64,000 nucleotides of DNA from Chrysemys picta bellii (Eukaryota): positions 37,882,001 to 37,946,000 of the forward strand of contig NC_088795.1 of assembly GCF_011386835.1 (NCBI RefSeq). Reading direction: 5' to 3'. Positions 13,386 to 27,000 of the stretch are shown here, in pieces; position 1 is the first letter of the stretch; each line of letters starts with the position of its first letter. Below the pieces are notes generated by a model that was not told the origin of the DNA, made no database searches, and saw only the letters and a program-made list of their open reading frames with translations. The translations under genes were made by a program, and so were the position numbers.

Positions 13386-15419
13386 GTAAGAACTACAGTA
13401 TAATACATGTCTGTGGTAGATTTTAAGGTTTCTGACCTCATATTTGGACTGTCCTGGTTTGGAAGCAAATTGAATTTGAGACACACAATGTAGATAGGCA
13501 GGATAGCAGGAGGGGTGTAATTCTTTCATGAAAGGTGATATTTATTGCCCTTTTTTAGCCTCCCTCCTCACTTTCTCACAGAAGCTGGATTTGCAGCATT
13601 GTCCTTGTAGTCAGAAACACAGCAGTCTCCTAGCAGAGTGCAGTTCAGGTTATAAGCACTGGGATGTAAGCCAGAAAAAAAGATAGAACAATATGAGGAA
13701 CTTTGTGAGGGTATGTATAACATAATCATTTGAGGCTTTTAAACATCACTGCTAGCTAAAGACCTCATATTAGGAATTGGGAATGACATTATCCTATTGA
13801 CTTCATGTTGGGGATGGGGCCAGGGAAACAAACATGACAGGAAGGAAGGAGAAAGGGCTGTGTGTGAACAAGAACCTTTGTTCAGGTAGGAAATTCTTGT
13901 CCTCTGAACTGTCTTTCTCTCTCCTTTGTCTCCATTTGTCTCAATCTCTCTGTCTTCCGTGCCTGCAGCTCCCTGTTGTTTGTTTTGCCCTCATCCTTGT
14001 CTTTATCTTGCCCGTTAAACACAAAGAGGGAAAGAGAAATATCTCTCCCTTTGCTTGGCTGGAGTGATTAGGAGATCACATGGATGTGGAGACTCCTCTG
14101 TCTAAGCATAAGGCATCCTCATAATCTCACTTGGAAATTTAGAAATCTCCCCCAGGTCTCAGACTGGTCCATAGGTACTTGCATTCCTTAGCTTGCTGTG
14201 TAACAATAATTAGGTAGGAGTGGGTGAGAAATTTTGCATTTCCAGCATCTCCTGGTTTGAGTTATAGAGCCACTCCTTTACTATCAGTGACAGCACTTTT
14301 GTTAAAAGCAAATGTTTGACAGCACACAGCAGTGCAACACAACAATTTAGAACAGGAAATGAAGAATATTAATCCTGAATCTCCCTTCTGGAGTCTGCTC
14401 AGAATGAGGGAGCAGCACTTTCTTTAAAATATATCAAATTGCCCTTCTCCAGGAGAGCAACATTCCATTGCCTTCTGGTAGCTGTTGTTCCTGCTGTCAT
14501 TTTTAATGGACATTTGTAGTTATGTATGCTTTATTTATTCTTAATTATTAATTATCATTATTATTACTAAACAGCATTGAACTGAGTGATCCAGTGTTCT
14601 GGCCCCTCCCTGTCCCTTTCTTTATGTTTAAGTTTTATTTTTGTCTCAAAAGTGACAGACTTTGCACAGTATTCTACAACATCATTGCCCGTAAGAGAAA
14701 AAACACCAAGAGGGCACAGATTATTTAGAAAACAACAAACACCCTGAGCATAATGCTTCTCACTCTAACTCACCCTCCCCTTAGGGAACTGTTGGTGTTC
14801 AAGAAGGCAGCAGGTTCCCGCAGCAGTTAATTTCAGCTTGAGCTGGTGAAAATGGCGAAAGACACAGTGTAGACCAGCTCTGCCCTTTTATAACCTCCCA
14901 GTCTCCTATGTCAGGAGACTCCCTGATCAGCTTCATAGGTGATCACAGACCCCTACCAGCTGACTTGTTGCTAGATGACCTCTTCCCTGACAAACTAGTT
15001 CTCCTGAGCAGGAGGGAAAAAAAAGAATATTTGGACAACTCTACTGGACCAGCACCCTTGTAATATTGCACCAAAAGCCATTTAGTAGAGATAAGCTGGT
15101 AAATAATTTTTTTCTTTTGTGGGATGGGTGAAAAAGAGATGAATAGCAAGAGAAATTATTTACTGTTTTCTTGCTTGTCATGGTCTCCACTTCAGTTTTA
15201 AACACTCAAGTAAGTGAACTGATTTTCAGAAGAGCTGAACATCCAGGTGCTCCCATTAGCTTTACTGGGAGCTGCTTAGTCCTCAGCACTTTAGAAAATC
15301 AGGCTACTTAATTAATGAGGTGCCTAAATATGAATTTAGGAATTTTACTTTACATACCCATGTTCTTCTGATCATTCACCTATGGAAGTCTCTTCCTGAG
15401 TTTGAAGTGGGTGTGCTGT

Positions 15420-15785
15420 GCAGAGGGCAGTGGAAGCGTTTCAAAGACGTACTGAAAGTACATTTTAAAAAGGGAGACACCAACCCAAAAGACTGGGAGG
15501 ACTTGGCGCGGAACAGAACACAGTGGCACCACACCATACACCAAGCCACAGGGGGAAGTCACTTTGAGGAGAACAGACGTGCTCATGAGACAGAGAAGTG
15601 ACAAAGGAGGAAAGAAAGGCCACAACAGTCCAGCCAACAACTATGTCTCCTCCAAGATTACACCTGTCACTTCTGTGGGAAAATCTGCAGGGCAAGAATT
15701 GGGCTCCTCATCCACTTAAAAAATCACCAATGAACCCCCTTGGCAGACATCTTCTTCACATCAAGGGATAGCCGAAGAAGAAGTG
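15420..15785 (+). mobile_element. RTE-clade LINE 3' fragment
   Basis: Degenerate ORF2 C-terminus RGQWKRFKDVLK...WEDLARNRTQW, then CHFCGKICRARIGLLIHLKNH (C2H2-like), then a (GAA)n tail. Confidence 0.8.
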
Positions 15786-16719
15786 GATCTTGTATAACTG
15801 ACCTTTTAAGTAGAAAAATACTTCTGCTTGTCATTACTCTTTTCTGTGTTAAATGGGGAAAGAGAAGGAGTATGATAAATAAAATTACTGTTGGGTAAAT
15901 CTCTTTTATTGCTTTCCTATATATATTCTCCATCATATTGTAGCCAAAGACCATGACATAGTTTATTTTTTACTTTATATATTTTTGGTAAATAGCATAG
16001 CTTTTTAAGAAATGCACAGAATGTGCAGCCTAAATAGTACAAACCATACAATGGTGTATTATTTATTTAACTGGTAACATGAGGATGTTCCTTCTTTTCC
16101 AACTAATAACTATATTCTGGGTGAAATAAACTCTGAAATCAAAGGTCCTTAACCCAAGATATGGCTGAGCAAACAGGGAGCTTCCCCAAGTAGTTATGTT
16201 CTGCTTTCTCCCCCCCCCCTCTATTAAATGTGTTATGATTGACTGCTATAAATTTCTAAGCACCTTCATAATTACCAATCCATAATCCTACAGGTTGGGA
16301 TTTTCAAATCAGTTTAAGGGAATTAGGACACCCAATTGCCATTGAAAATCTTAGCCACAGTAAATATGGCTGCCTCTAGTTCTGATTCCCTGCCTGAACC
16401 CCAAGTCTTTGTATTAGATTTTTGCCCCTTGGGGAAGACTTAGCCCTCTCTCCCCTCTTACCACTGATAGTAATTCCTTTTAAATAATTTTTATTGTTAG
16501 GACCTAGGGGAGGTTGCATGATTGCAAAGGGAAGTCACACATTGAGCTGTGTTTGTTATGGATATATTGATGGGGAGGACTGAGTAGAGGGATTTATATA
16601 GTAGTAGCCAGTCAGAGTAGCTTTATTAATATTTTCTCATTCAACAAAATGTCCATAGAGAGATTATACAAACCTTCTGCTCTATTTAATAATAGACTTC
16701 AGCTTATCAGAGTATTAGG

Positions 16720-17851
16720 GATACACCATGCCTCAGTGGGTCACAGCTGAGAATGCCAGATTCAAGACAAACTGCTGAGAAATAGGGCAGACTCACCCCC
16801 CAAACTGGTGGTTATTCTATCATTAGATTATACCAAGCCATTAACAAAAGTAAACTTCTGTCTCTGGTTAACACCGGTTAACAAGAAGTCAAAAATGCAG
16901 TCTCCTTAGGCATTCCAGCACTTATTTCACCACCCAGACACTAGATTTTATGATGAGTGGTTATTGATAACCAATTTAATCAAACAAAGGGTTTTTCTTA
17001 TCCCAAGAGATCTGCCACATACCCAGATCAATATATAACTCAGATCTTACCCAATAATCATGCTGTTGCCAGTCCTTTAGTAATTAAAATCCAAAGGTTT
17101 ATTTATAAAGAAAGAAGAGGAGAATTAAAATGGTGACAGAAATCATACATACAAGTGATTGCAAAGTTCTTCTATCAGATTTGAAGCAGTGATGGAATAA
17201 ACTGCTTGTTTGCAAAAGTCTCTCTGGAAATTACTCAAATGGCTTGGGGGTCATCAAATCCTTGTTTAGAGCTTCATCCAGTCCAGAGAAATGAAGCAGG
17301 AAATGAAGACAAAATGGAGATGTTCCAGGGTCTTTTATTCCCTATACCATTTGACTGGAATTTTACTATCCGAAACAACGCTCAGAGTCTCAGTTTGCCA
17401 AAAATTACAGGCAAAAGATGGAGCCCAAGGTCACATGTCAAGTCACATACTCTTACATGGCTTTGATGACTCGCAGGAGCAGCCATTGCCCACTTGGAGG
17501 CTAAGGCATCCGCAGGAAGACTTGCAGGGTGGGATAAGCTTCTTCTGTGCCCCTTGTGAGAGTCAATTGCCTTTGAATGGCCATCAACACAAAGCTGTCT
17601 GGCTTCAATGAGGATTTTACCTGGTGGGTGTTCCCCCTGGAACAAACATTTGGGATATAGCTCTATAGCCAGTATTCATAACTTCAGATACAGAGATGAT
17701 ATATGGATTTAAACAGAATAATCATCTTTAGCAAATCATAGCTTTTCCATTGACACCTTACATGACATACTTTATACAGGGTTTGTTGCATTGTCTAACA
17801 GTGGCAATATCAATTATATAAATGGTCATGTTTCAGTCATACAGCATCACA
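16720..17851. mobile_element. Probable solo LTR of about 1.1 kb
   Basis: Resembles a common turtle LTR family as I recall it and ends in ...catcaca. Left end degenerate. Confidence 0.5.
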
Positions 17852-18179
17852 CAGGGATTGGTATGGGTATTAAATAAAAAACTATACTGCCATTACCCAA
17901 ATCAGACACACATATTTATCTGTCAGCCAGAGTGTAGGAAAACTAAATAACTGAAATTACTCTGTAGTTATTGGTCAATTACTTTGTACCATTGGAACTG
18001 TCTGACCTGCTGACACAATTCCAATTCCATGTAATGGTACATAAATAAATCCTTTCTCCAGGTGAATGACTGTTTTTAATATTCAGAGATCATTTGATTT
18101 GAATGTGTGTTTCAAGTCTATCAGTTTCAGAACTTTTGAGAATTTATTTTGAAAGATTGCTGTCTGCTGTGCATTTTAG

Positions 18180-18256
18180 GTTTTCAGGAAGCAAGCCGAA
18201 GAATTTAGGAAACAATACAAAACTCAGAGAATGGTTACCACAAAATGACCTCCTTG
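18180..18256 (+). CDS. UGT8: UGT8 internal coding exon, 77 nt (absent from the ORF track)
   Basis: Acceptor gcattttag| and donor |gtgagt. Encodes (R)[25 protein letters not shown](G), including the start of the UDPGT signature [10 protein letters not shown]. Phase 2 to 1. Confidence 0.97.
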
Positions 18257-20147
18257 GTGAGTACAAAATGTGGTGAAAGCTTGCTTTTTTTTAAATCAAA
18301 GTATATACAGTCGACAGTGCTGTAAAATTTGTTATTTTAAAATAACCAACTTCTATACCAGAAATAGTGTGGTAAGAATGTAGAACTCAGAACGAAGTCA
18401 AGGTAAATAAATCACTTTTTATGCTCTGAGAGCAAAAGAAAAGTAATAATCCTGTGCTAATTAGTGAAGTTTGTCATGTATTGAGAATATAACTGAAGGA
18501 GAAAAAAACAGACTTCCATTTTCAGTTGCTTACAACGTTTTGAAAAGTTCTCCATTCCATCTGTCAATTTTCCATGGTGGTTCTCAACCTAGAGGGATTT
18601 GTTTGCTTGTTTTCATGTTTGCTTGCTTTTTTGCTGGGGGAGTTTCAACATTTATTATTTGTATTGTGGTAGTGGCTAGAGGCCTGGCCCCCCTAAGGGT
18701 GGGCTCTGTATAAGCACAAAACCAAAATATGTTCCCTACCCCAAGGAGCTTATAATATGTTACACGTTTATTCCTTTTACCTCAGTATAAATCCCTTTAT
18801 CAGTCCAACAAAACATAGTCCTGATCCAAAGCCTTTGAAGTTGGTAGAAAAAACTCCTATTGAATTCAATGGATTGTGGATCAGGCCACATCTGAGCAAG
18901 GGGAAACCTGTGATCTGTCCGCGCCTATATGTACGTACTATACCAGAGAAGATACAAATTCCTTGCTTAAGTTGGGATGAAAGAGGACCCCAGTGGAGTC
19001 TGCTTTAAAGCTCCTGTCTTGAGCCCAGACCATCCTCTTGGTCAGAATTGCTGAGGTCTATAAGATCACTGTCCTTCTCTCCTTCCCCAATCTCATCTCT
19101 ATGTCTTTTCCTAATGGTTGGTTCTATTAAAACTAAGATGGCCAAGTAGTAGGTAATTCATAGAACTTCATTAGCGCACCTCCAAGAGAGCTGAGAGGAT
19201 TCAAGAGATGGGATTTATTTTACATTTCTTTTAGTTTCATAGCTGATTTAAAAAAAATACAGGACTTTGTGGCCTTCATAAATGGGACAACCGCACTGAA
19301 GAAAGCTTTATACACTGCAAAAGCTATGCAATCATGAGATAATATTTTAAAAAGAGAAGTCACTTATGTAGAAATTTACTAGAATCATGCTATCTTGCAA
19401 CACTGCTCACCAGTAACTATTAGTAAGTTGAGTACTATATGATGTTTGCTTTACCAGCAAACACTTCAAATATGCAGTCTTTGCTGATGTTTTCAGTGAA
19501 AATTCAGAAACATACAGACACACACACAATTGATTGAAACCTGAGGAATGTGTATGTGTGGCAATATAGTTATATATTTGCTGCTTGTTCCTACCGAAGC
19601 ATTATCAGGCATAGGATGTGGATTACAAATTGATAACAAACTCTCTCAGTTTATGTATCAGGGTATTAAGCAATAGCTGTGTTATCTAAGCACCTGAGAA
19701 ATAAGAAGTCAAACAACTGTATCTCAGACATAATAGTTTCTTTTTAAAGAATGTTTAAGATTTATTTCCATGAGCTTTTTTACTTTGTGTCAATGGTGTA
19801 TGAAAACACTACTGAGCTTAGGACCCAATGAAAGCTTATGGTTGCTTCTAGGTTACTTAGAAGTTGTTTGCAAAACAATGCCAGTCTAAAGATTCGTTCT
19901 GAGGAGTAACTTATTAAAAAGTAAGTAAGTGGGTGGGGGTGAGCGGGCGTGAGAGAGAGTATTAATTATAATGTAGTGATGAGGCAAATATGTTTTAACT
20001 AAACTAGTTTTGTTGTGGTAACCACAATGCACTGAGTAAGTCAAATTCTTCTATTTAATACAATAATATATTGTTACTGTTACAGTCAGACCATTTTACC
20101 CCAAAGCAATTAATTATTCTGTCACTAAAGACTTCTGTTTTTTATGA

Positions 20148-20447
20148 ATGGAGCTAGGCTGTTCTCAGTGGTGGCAGATGACAGAACAAGCAGCAATGGT
20201 CTCAAGTTGCAGTGGGGGAGGTCTAGGTTGGATATTAGGAAACACTATTTCACTAGGAGGGTGGGGAAGCACTGGAATGGGTTACCTAGAGAGGTGATGG
20301 AATTTCCATCCTTAGAGGTTTTTAAGGCCCAGCTTGACAAAGCCCTGTCTGGGATGATTTAGTTGGTGTTGGTCCTGCTTTGAGCCGGGGATTGGACTAG
20401 ATGACCTCCTGGGGTCTCTTCCAACACTAATATTCTATGATTCTATG
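20148..20447 (+). mobile_element. CR1 LINE 3' end
   Basis: Encodes RLFSVVADDRTSSNGLKLQWGRSRLDIRK...HWNGLPREVMEFPSLEVFKAQLDKAL, followed by an (ATTCTATG)2 tail. Confidence 0.95.
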
Positions 20448-21389
20448 AATTCTTGGGGATAAAGGTTCTCTCCTTGGTTCATTTATAATGCTAAGTTAGC
20501 ATGTACCAATGGTAATAATCAACAACAGTCTGTTAAAAGTAATCAGCTTTTGTCCCTCATGAAACTGATGTATTATTTAGATAAAAGTAAACATGAGGCT
20601 TTATAGGATGCTCCAATTCAATCCTATTATTCCTTCAACTTTTCCAGCAAATCAGAGTAACCTGAAATCACTCAGTGCTACTTTCCACTCTAAACAGAAA
20701 CCTGAGGAAAGGATACCTGGAATGTGCATCTTTGTGCTGCTCTGGGGATACCATGTGAACTTAACTTCAGGGTCTGCTAGATTCGACCTAGTCAGAATCC
20801 CTCAATATCACACTTACCATTTATATTAATTATTTTAAACCATGTGTGTGAAATGAGATTTTCATTTTGTTGAATATATCCCATCTTGTATGTTGGACTA
20901 CAAGGAATGAGAAAACATCGATTGCTAAATTTCTGTGACCTAAATTCAAGGAGGTACTTGAGCATATATGTAACTTCAAGCAATTGCATGCACTTCCTGA
21001 ACTGAAGTTGTAGAAATTTGAAAGGAGCTGTGATATACTCAGATTTATTAAACCATTTTATACTGTGCCTCACAAAATCTTATTTGAAAAAATTGTTCAC
21101 ATTGGTTTGGACAATAACAGAGGCTTGGAAACTAAGGATAATGATAAATGGCAATATATTAATTTGGCAGAGAGAGGCATCCAGTAGGAAGCTGGTTTTG
21201 TTCAATCTATTCACCAATGAATTGAGAAAGGGTTTAAAACAGCACACTATTCAAATAATACTTGATTGGGAAGAATTGCTGGATGTGATAATTGTTCTTT
21301 TCTATTTCTAATTTCAGTAATTTTATGATACATAATATACATATTTGTAAAGCATTTTCTTTCCTTTACTTCACTTTTCCTCTCTGTAG

Positions 21390-21609
21390 GTCATGCTAAC
21401 ATTAAAGCCTTTCTTAGCCATGGTGGTTTGAACAGTATTTTTGAAACCATGTACCATGGAGTGCCTGTGGTGGGAATTCCCCTCTTTGGAGACCACTATG
21501 ATACTATGACCCGAGTGCAGGCCAAAGGCATGGGAATATTATTAAACTGGAAGACAGTTACTGAGGATGAACTATATGAAGCACTGGTGAAAGTCATTAA
21601 TGATCCCAG
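21390..21609 (+). CDS. UGT8: UGT8 internal coding exon, 220 nt
   Basis: Acceptor tctctgtag| and donor |gtaagg. Encodes (G)HANIKAFLSHGGLNSIFETMYHGVPVVGIPLFGDHYDTMTRVQAKGMGILLNWKTVTEDELYEALVKVINDP(S). The signature ends in D-H rather than D-Q, as in UGT8. Confidence 0.98.
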
Positions 21610-22663
21610 GTAAGGAAACGTTGTTGTTTTTTTAATTGTCATTAGGTTAAATCTTTATGCAAACGAGGATTTGTATGCACAGATATTTATGCAAATGGAG
21701 ATTTCTGCACACAGCTGAGATCCTGCCTGGTTGTCCAATATGCACAAAGAAGTGCAGGCATTATGGATACACAAAAAGTCATTCCTTTAAAATGTGGTCC
21801 TGTACATAATGCAGACAAATCTTTCTAATAATTAGTATTCTATCTGCCATATTAAAAATCATTATCCTCATTTACTTTTCTTGTTAGCACATACAGTCAC
21901 CAGATGAAGATCCCTGACCATTAATCCTATATTTTTCAAGGACAACAACTGACCCTTTCCCCCCACACTTTATCCTTCTCTGTAAAGCAAAGCATCTGTA
22001 TATCTGTCTTGATGGAATCACTATGAAACAGTAGTAACATGTAGAATGGTCATTTTTTGCTGTGTTGACAGAGAGGTTTAAACATATTTTATGCATATAC
22101 TTGGCTCCATCAGCTGGAATATTTGAATTGTAGCTGATCCAAAATTGTTGTCTGGGTCCTATGGTATAATGGATACAAAAGAGTAACCTTGCCTTGTCTG
22201 CCCACAGCTTGGTTTAGAGAATAAACACAAGGTTCTCTTTTCTCATCCCAGAAGCAGATTTATCTTGGGGCAGAGGTGTGTCATTCAAGCTGATCAGTAA
22301 AATATTATCATCTCTACAAAGAATTATGAATCTGAGGTCTTGAGTTTCTCTCATAATTCAGCTGGACTCAATAACAGCCTGGGTTCATAAGCTGGCTTCT
22401 ATGTTGGCATGTCTGGAACTACAATTGTCAAGTTTTCATCTGCAGACATTTCAGTTTGGCACATGTATTAGTCACTTCAGTCTGATTCTATTTGCTTACC
22501 ATTACTCTCTCACTTTATGGCTAGAGGACAAGTTTTCTGGCAGAATTTGCTCTTGGATGTCCCCTTAATTTACACAGTTGTCATGACAGACACTTTGGAT
22601 GAAGTGTCCACTAGTCTTGTAGCAGAGAGCGCTTTCTCTTTTGACAGGCTGGAGATTGGATGG

Positions 22664-22937
22664 CAGGGCTGGCGCTTCCATTTAGGCGACCGTGCCAGGA
22701 TTTGGGGGGGCGGCATTTTGCCGCCCTCGGCAGCAATTCGACGGCGGGGGGTCCTTCCACGCTCCGGGTCTTTGGTGGCAATTCTGCGGCGGGTCCTTCA
22801 CTCGCTCCGGGACCCACCGCCGAAGTGCCCCGAAGACCGGGAGTGCGGAAGGACCCCCCGCCGCAGAATTGCCGACGATGACCAGGAGCGCGGAAGGACC
22901 CCCACCTAGGGCGCCAAAAACCCTGGCGCCGCTCCTG
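22664..22937. mobile_element. hAT-type MITE, CAGGGC/GGCGC family
   Basis: Ends cagggctggcgc / gcgccgctcctg. TSD ttggatgg / ctggatgg (7 of 8). Internal repeated gcggaaggaccccc motifs. Confidence 0.88.
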
Positions 22938-24720
22938 CTGGATGGTCTGGCATGTTATTACTATTCAGTGACAGGATGAAGGGCAAGATATTAAGGATCC
23001 AAAGACATAATAGCACCACAGAGGCACATGTAAACAGAGTGGCATGAAGAACATTGATGGGGCAGCCAAAGACTACTCTGTCTCTTGTGCACAGAAGAAA
23101 TTAACTGTTCCTATTGACCTTTTATATTGAGTGAGTCTTGCATTCTAAGAAAACACTAACTGATTCAGAGTCACTGTCAGCCAGGGGAACAGGAATATCA
23201 CCAGTTCACATCTACGATGATTTGTCAAAAATGCAGAATCTGTGAAAGGGCCCTGTTGGCTTCCCAAACAAACAGAAAGGCAGGGGTATTCTTTTTCAGA
23301 TTTTAGAGACCTTTATATCTGGGGGTTCCACCAAGCATATGGCTTCTCTTCTGTCTCCATCTGCAGGGTAGAAGAAGTTACACTCACTCTGGGCTTGCAG
23401 AAAAGAACCTAGAGAAGTCACATTAACAGATAATAAATTACTATAAGCTGTTAGCAACCTGTGGTGAACAAAAGCATGTTGGTTTTATAGCATATGATTG
23501 TGTGAGAGAGATTTCACTTAGTCTTGTTATAGTGACAGACTCATGCTGTCATCAAGACTATTGCCATTGATGACAGCTCACATTCTCAAGGAGTGTGCCT
23601 GTGTTCACACTGTAACTTAATGTAAGAAAATCAACTGCTAAACCCAGTGATTATAGTACTGCTAAATGCTACCTGTTGTCCCATGGTACTTAAGAGGAGG
23701 AATATTCATGTATTAGATCCTTATTCCAAATGCATGTTATCATTTGTAGCACATAGACTATTCCTAAATTAAATAGGTCAATGTTCTAGCTAGTTGTCTA
23801 GTGCATTACACTGTTGGAGCTTTGGACACAACTTACCGAGTTGATAGGAACAGTGTCTGTGGGTGACACTTTTATTGTCTTAGGGCAGGACAATGCTATG
23901 AGTAAATAGTCAGTAGGAGAAGGGTATTAATGAAGGAAAAAATACCTACATAGGAAGTTGCAAAGGAAATCTCATGAATCCCAGTTACATCAGCCTTCCA
24001 CTGTACAGTTATCTGATTTGAGGAGGGGAGGTTCCCATTAGTAATCTGTTTGTCCTGAAATAAAGGGAAAAGGGAATCCCCATGATCAGGGCATTCTGAT
24101 ACTAAAAAATAAATTTAAAAAAATGCATCCCAAACATGAAAGATCTAGTGTCAAACAATATAAAAATCTGTTCAAACTATATTAGAGACAGGGCATATCA
24201 CTTTATTCTACATCTCTCTAATAACTGGCAACATTATTTTCCATATTTCGTTGGACAGGAGTATAAATGAACAATATATTGGACAGAGTATGTGTCTATT
24301 TTAGTGTTGTAGGGGGGAATTCCTCTAATTTGTTTTGTTTATTTTTCAATGTGAATAAAATTCACCCCATGTAGAAGGCCAACCGAAGGGCAATGCATCA
24401 CTAAAGTCCCATTTAAACCCTTCTGCTGGCTCTCTGCATGGGGTGAATTTTACCCCATATTAACATGTGTACAGATATAAATGTAAGTACAACTATTGTC
24501 AGTATTTATTTTTCTCTGAATACTTTTACTATTGAATTGAAGAGGACTCACCTATCCTATAGTGCATCTCAAAAACCTGCTATTCTTTGTCATTTTCCTA
24601 CCAAAATACCCCACTCAATATGGAGAAATTCAAGTACATCTCTCTGTTCACATGGACACTTGTCATTTGAGAGCAAGATAATATTTTTAATTTGTCACAT
24701 TGTTTGTTTCTTTCCCGCAG

Positions 24721-25084
24721 CTACAGGCAACGGGCCCAAAAACTCTCAGAAATTCACAAGGACCAACCTGGGCATCCTGTTAATCGGACAGTGTACTGGA
24801 TTAATTACATCCTCCGACACAATGGAGCACAACATCTACGTGCTGCTGTTTACACCATCTCTTTTTATCAGTATTTCTTACTGGATATTGCCTTTGTTGT
24901 ACTACTTGGTACTGCCTTATTTTACTACATTTTGGCCAGGATAGCAAAGTTTATCCAAAAACAAAGCAAACATCTTTGGTCAAGTGATGAACATAGCACC
25001 ATTAATGGACATTACCACAATGGGATACCAAATGGCAAATACAGAAGAAATGGTCACATTAAACATGAAAAAAAGGTGAAATGA
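24721..25084 (+). CDS. UGT8: UGT8 terminal coding exon, 364 nt to the TGA stop
   Basis: Acceptor tttcccgcag|. Encodes YRQRAQKLSEIHKDQPGHPVNRTVYW..., a transmembrane stretch (LLDIAFVVLLGTALFYYILA) and the C-terminal HEKKVK dilysine ER-retrieval motif. Confidence 0.98.
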
Positions 25085-27000
25085 GCCAACTACCCCATGT
25101 ACAGTAATGAATCAGATCAATAATTGAATTTTATCGTTGTAACTTAGTCTAACAACTACTTAAAGTAAAACATCAGTAAACAGTTCTAACTCTCCCCTAC
25201 AGTATGTAATCTTATATGATGAGATTCTACAGAACTAAGAAACATCTTTAAAAAACAAAACAAAAAACACAACCTAAAATGCAAAATGTATTTTATTCTT
25301 AATACTGATGCAGAGAGGTTATTTTGGCACTGAAATTTTTAGAAGCCTTAATTCTCTGAAGTAATTCAATGACCATATTTATGATTTCCCAGTTTTTAAA
25401 CCTGAATGTGTGTGTCCCAGGAAAGGTTTCCTTTTACTTGCAAAGATTTTCTTATTTTTATTTTAAATATATATATATCCCTCTTTTAGCTGAGAGAATT
25501 TTAGAGCTAGCTCTGTGTTATATTTGTTAAAGGTTTGACATGTTGCCTAAGAATGATGTTTCAATAAAGTCATCTTTCCCAGTGTTTGACACGCAGCAAT
25601 TAAGTTGCAGATTGAGAATGCAGCCATAAAAAATAACTTTCTCAAAACTGAACATTGAAGAAAAATGGTAAAAATATGTACCGCTTTCCCCCCCAATAGG
25701 CTATATAACTCTTCTGTTCTTTGCCATTGCTTTAGAGAAAGGGATTTTGATTAATCTAGGATAAGTTGTAAATTTTATATTTATGTATGTTTTATTTTTA
25801 TTTTATTTTATGGGGGTTTAGTTGCCTTTCCCTACATAAATAATTTATTCCACTGGAAGAAATGTAGGGGACTTTTAATTAAATGAATAAAATGGCTGTG
25901 TGGGTAGAATGCATAATTAAGAAAAATAAATGAAACTCAGAAATTTTTTTTGGCCCTGAGCTCAGTGCAGAAGGTTTGCCATGGGCCTTGAGCAATGCAG
26001 AAGCAAACCACTATTTGGGGTTTGTTTAAGAAAAGTTGAATGTCTTTCCTAATAATAATTATTATATTATTAAGTTTATTTCTAAATCACAGTGTTGTAG
26101 ATGTTCTCTTTCAACAGTTCTATCTGGAAAAAAATATTAACTTATGTTGGTCTGGACCACACAGTCCCTGACATAGTTGCCAACACTAAAGTCTCTGAAC
26201 ATGGGATGGGTTCTCTGGGTTGCTAACCAATGCATGTTTAGAGGTTTTATGGCATGCGTGACATTAAACCTCGCAAACAAAACACAGTGTATAGAGATTG
26301 TCTCTTCTGCTCTCCAATATGGCCCCATCCCTCAACAATCTCTGTTAATCATTGTAGCTGACATGCGACTTTTCTGGCTTTGAATGGAGAGTGGGGATGC
26401 AGGGCACTAGTCATGAAATCAGAGCTGTCTTGCTGAACCAAAGTTGGCAACTATGTCTTATTTCCATGTCATTCTGTTTACTTGGAATTTGCACTACACA
26501 TGTTGTGAGTGTATGCATTGTTTATTTATAGTTAGAAATCCCACGAATGACAGAGGAAGGAAAGAAGCCCATTTATCTTGTGTTGTTCACTAACATGGGA
26601 AGAGTTGTGAAAATGACAGAATGCTGAGATCATCTTCATACACAGTGACATTATATTTCATTATCATTCCATCAGGAGCCTCCCTTCTATAGCAATAAAT
26701 AACATTACAAATATGTTTCTAATATATGGTACAGACATTTGTACTGCTTTCCGAATACTTGAAGAAAATGTTGTTATAAATAAGCCGATGAGATATATCT
26801 TTTTACAATCTTATCAGTACATGGCAACTAAAGGAACACATTGAGGCGATGAGTGGTGGGATGGTAACAGGATTTTGAGTGTATGACTGAGTTGCTTTTA
26901 CTGTTTTTGGTATAGTGAAGGTACAAAAGCACTGACCGGATGATTAAGCATAATTTAATCTCCACTGTGATAAAACTTATGCAATAAACATGGATTTAAT
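25085..27000 (+). other. UGT8: UGT8 3'UTR with several candidate polyadenylation signals; true 3' end not determined
   Basis: AT-rich, apparently repeat-poor sequence after the stop. AATAAA at 25563, 25886, 25925 and 26983. Confidence 0.6.

Noticed and set aside
24465-24944. 159-aa plus-strand ORF overlapping the UGT8 last exon in another frame
   Set aside because: It starts in the intron, has no homology, and is best explained as a shadow frame.
26589-26594. ACTAAC QKI core element in the UGT8 3'UTR
   Set aside because: A single hexamer with no nearby half site, expected by chance.
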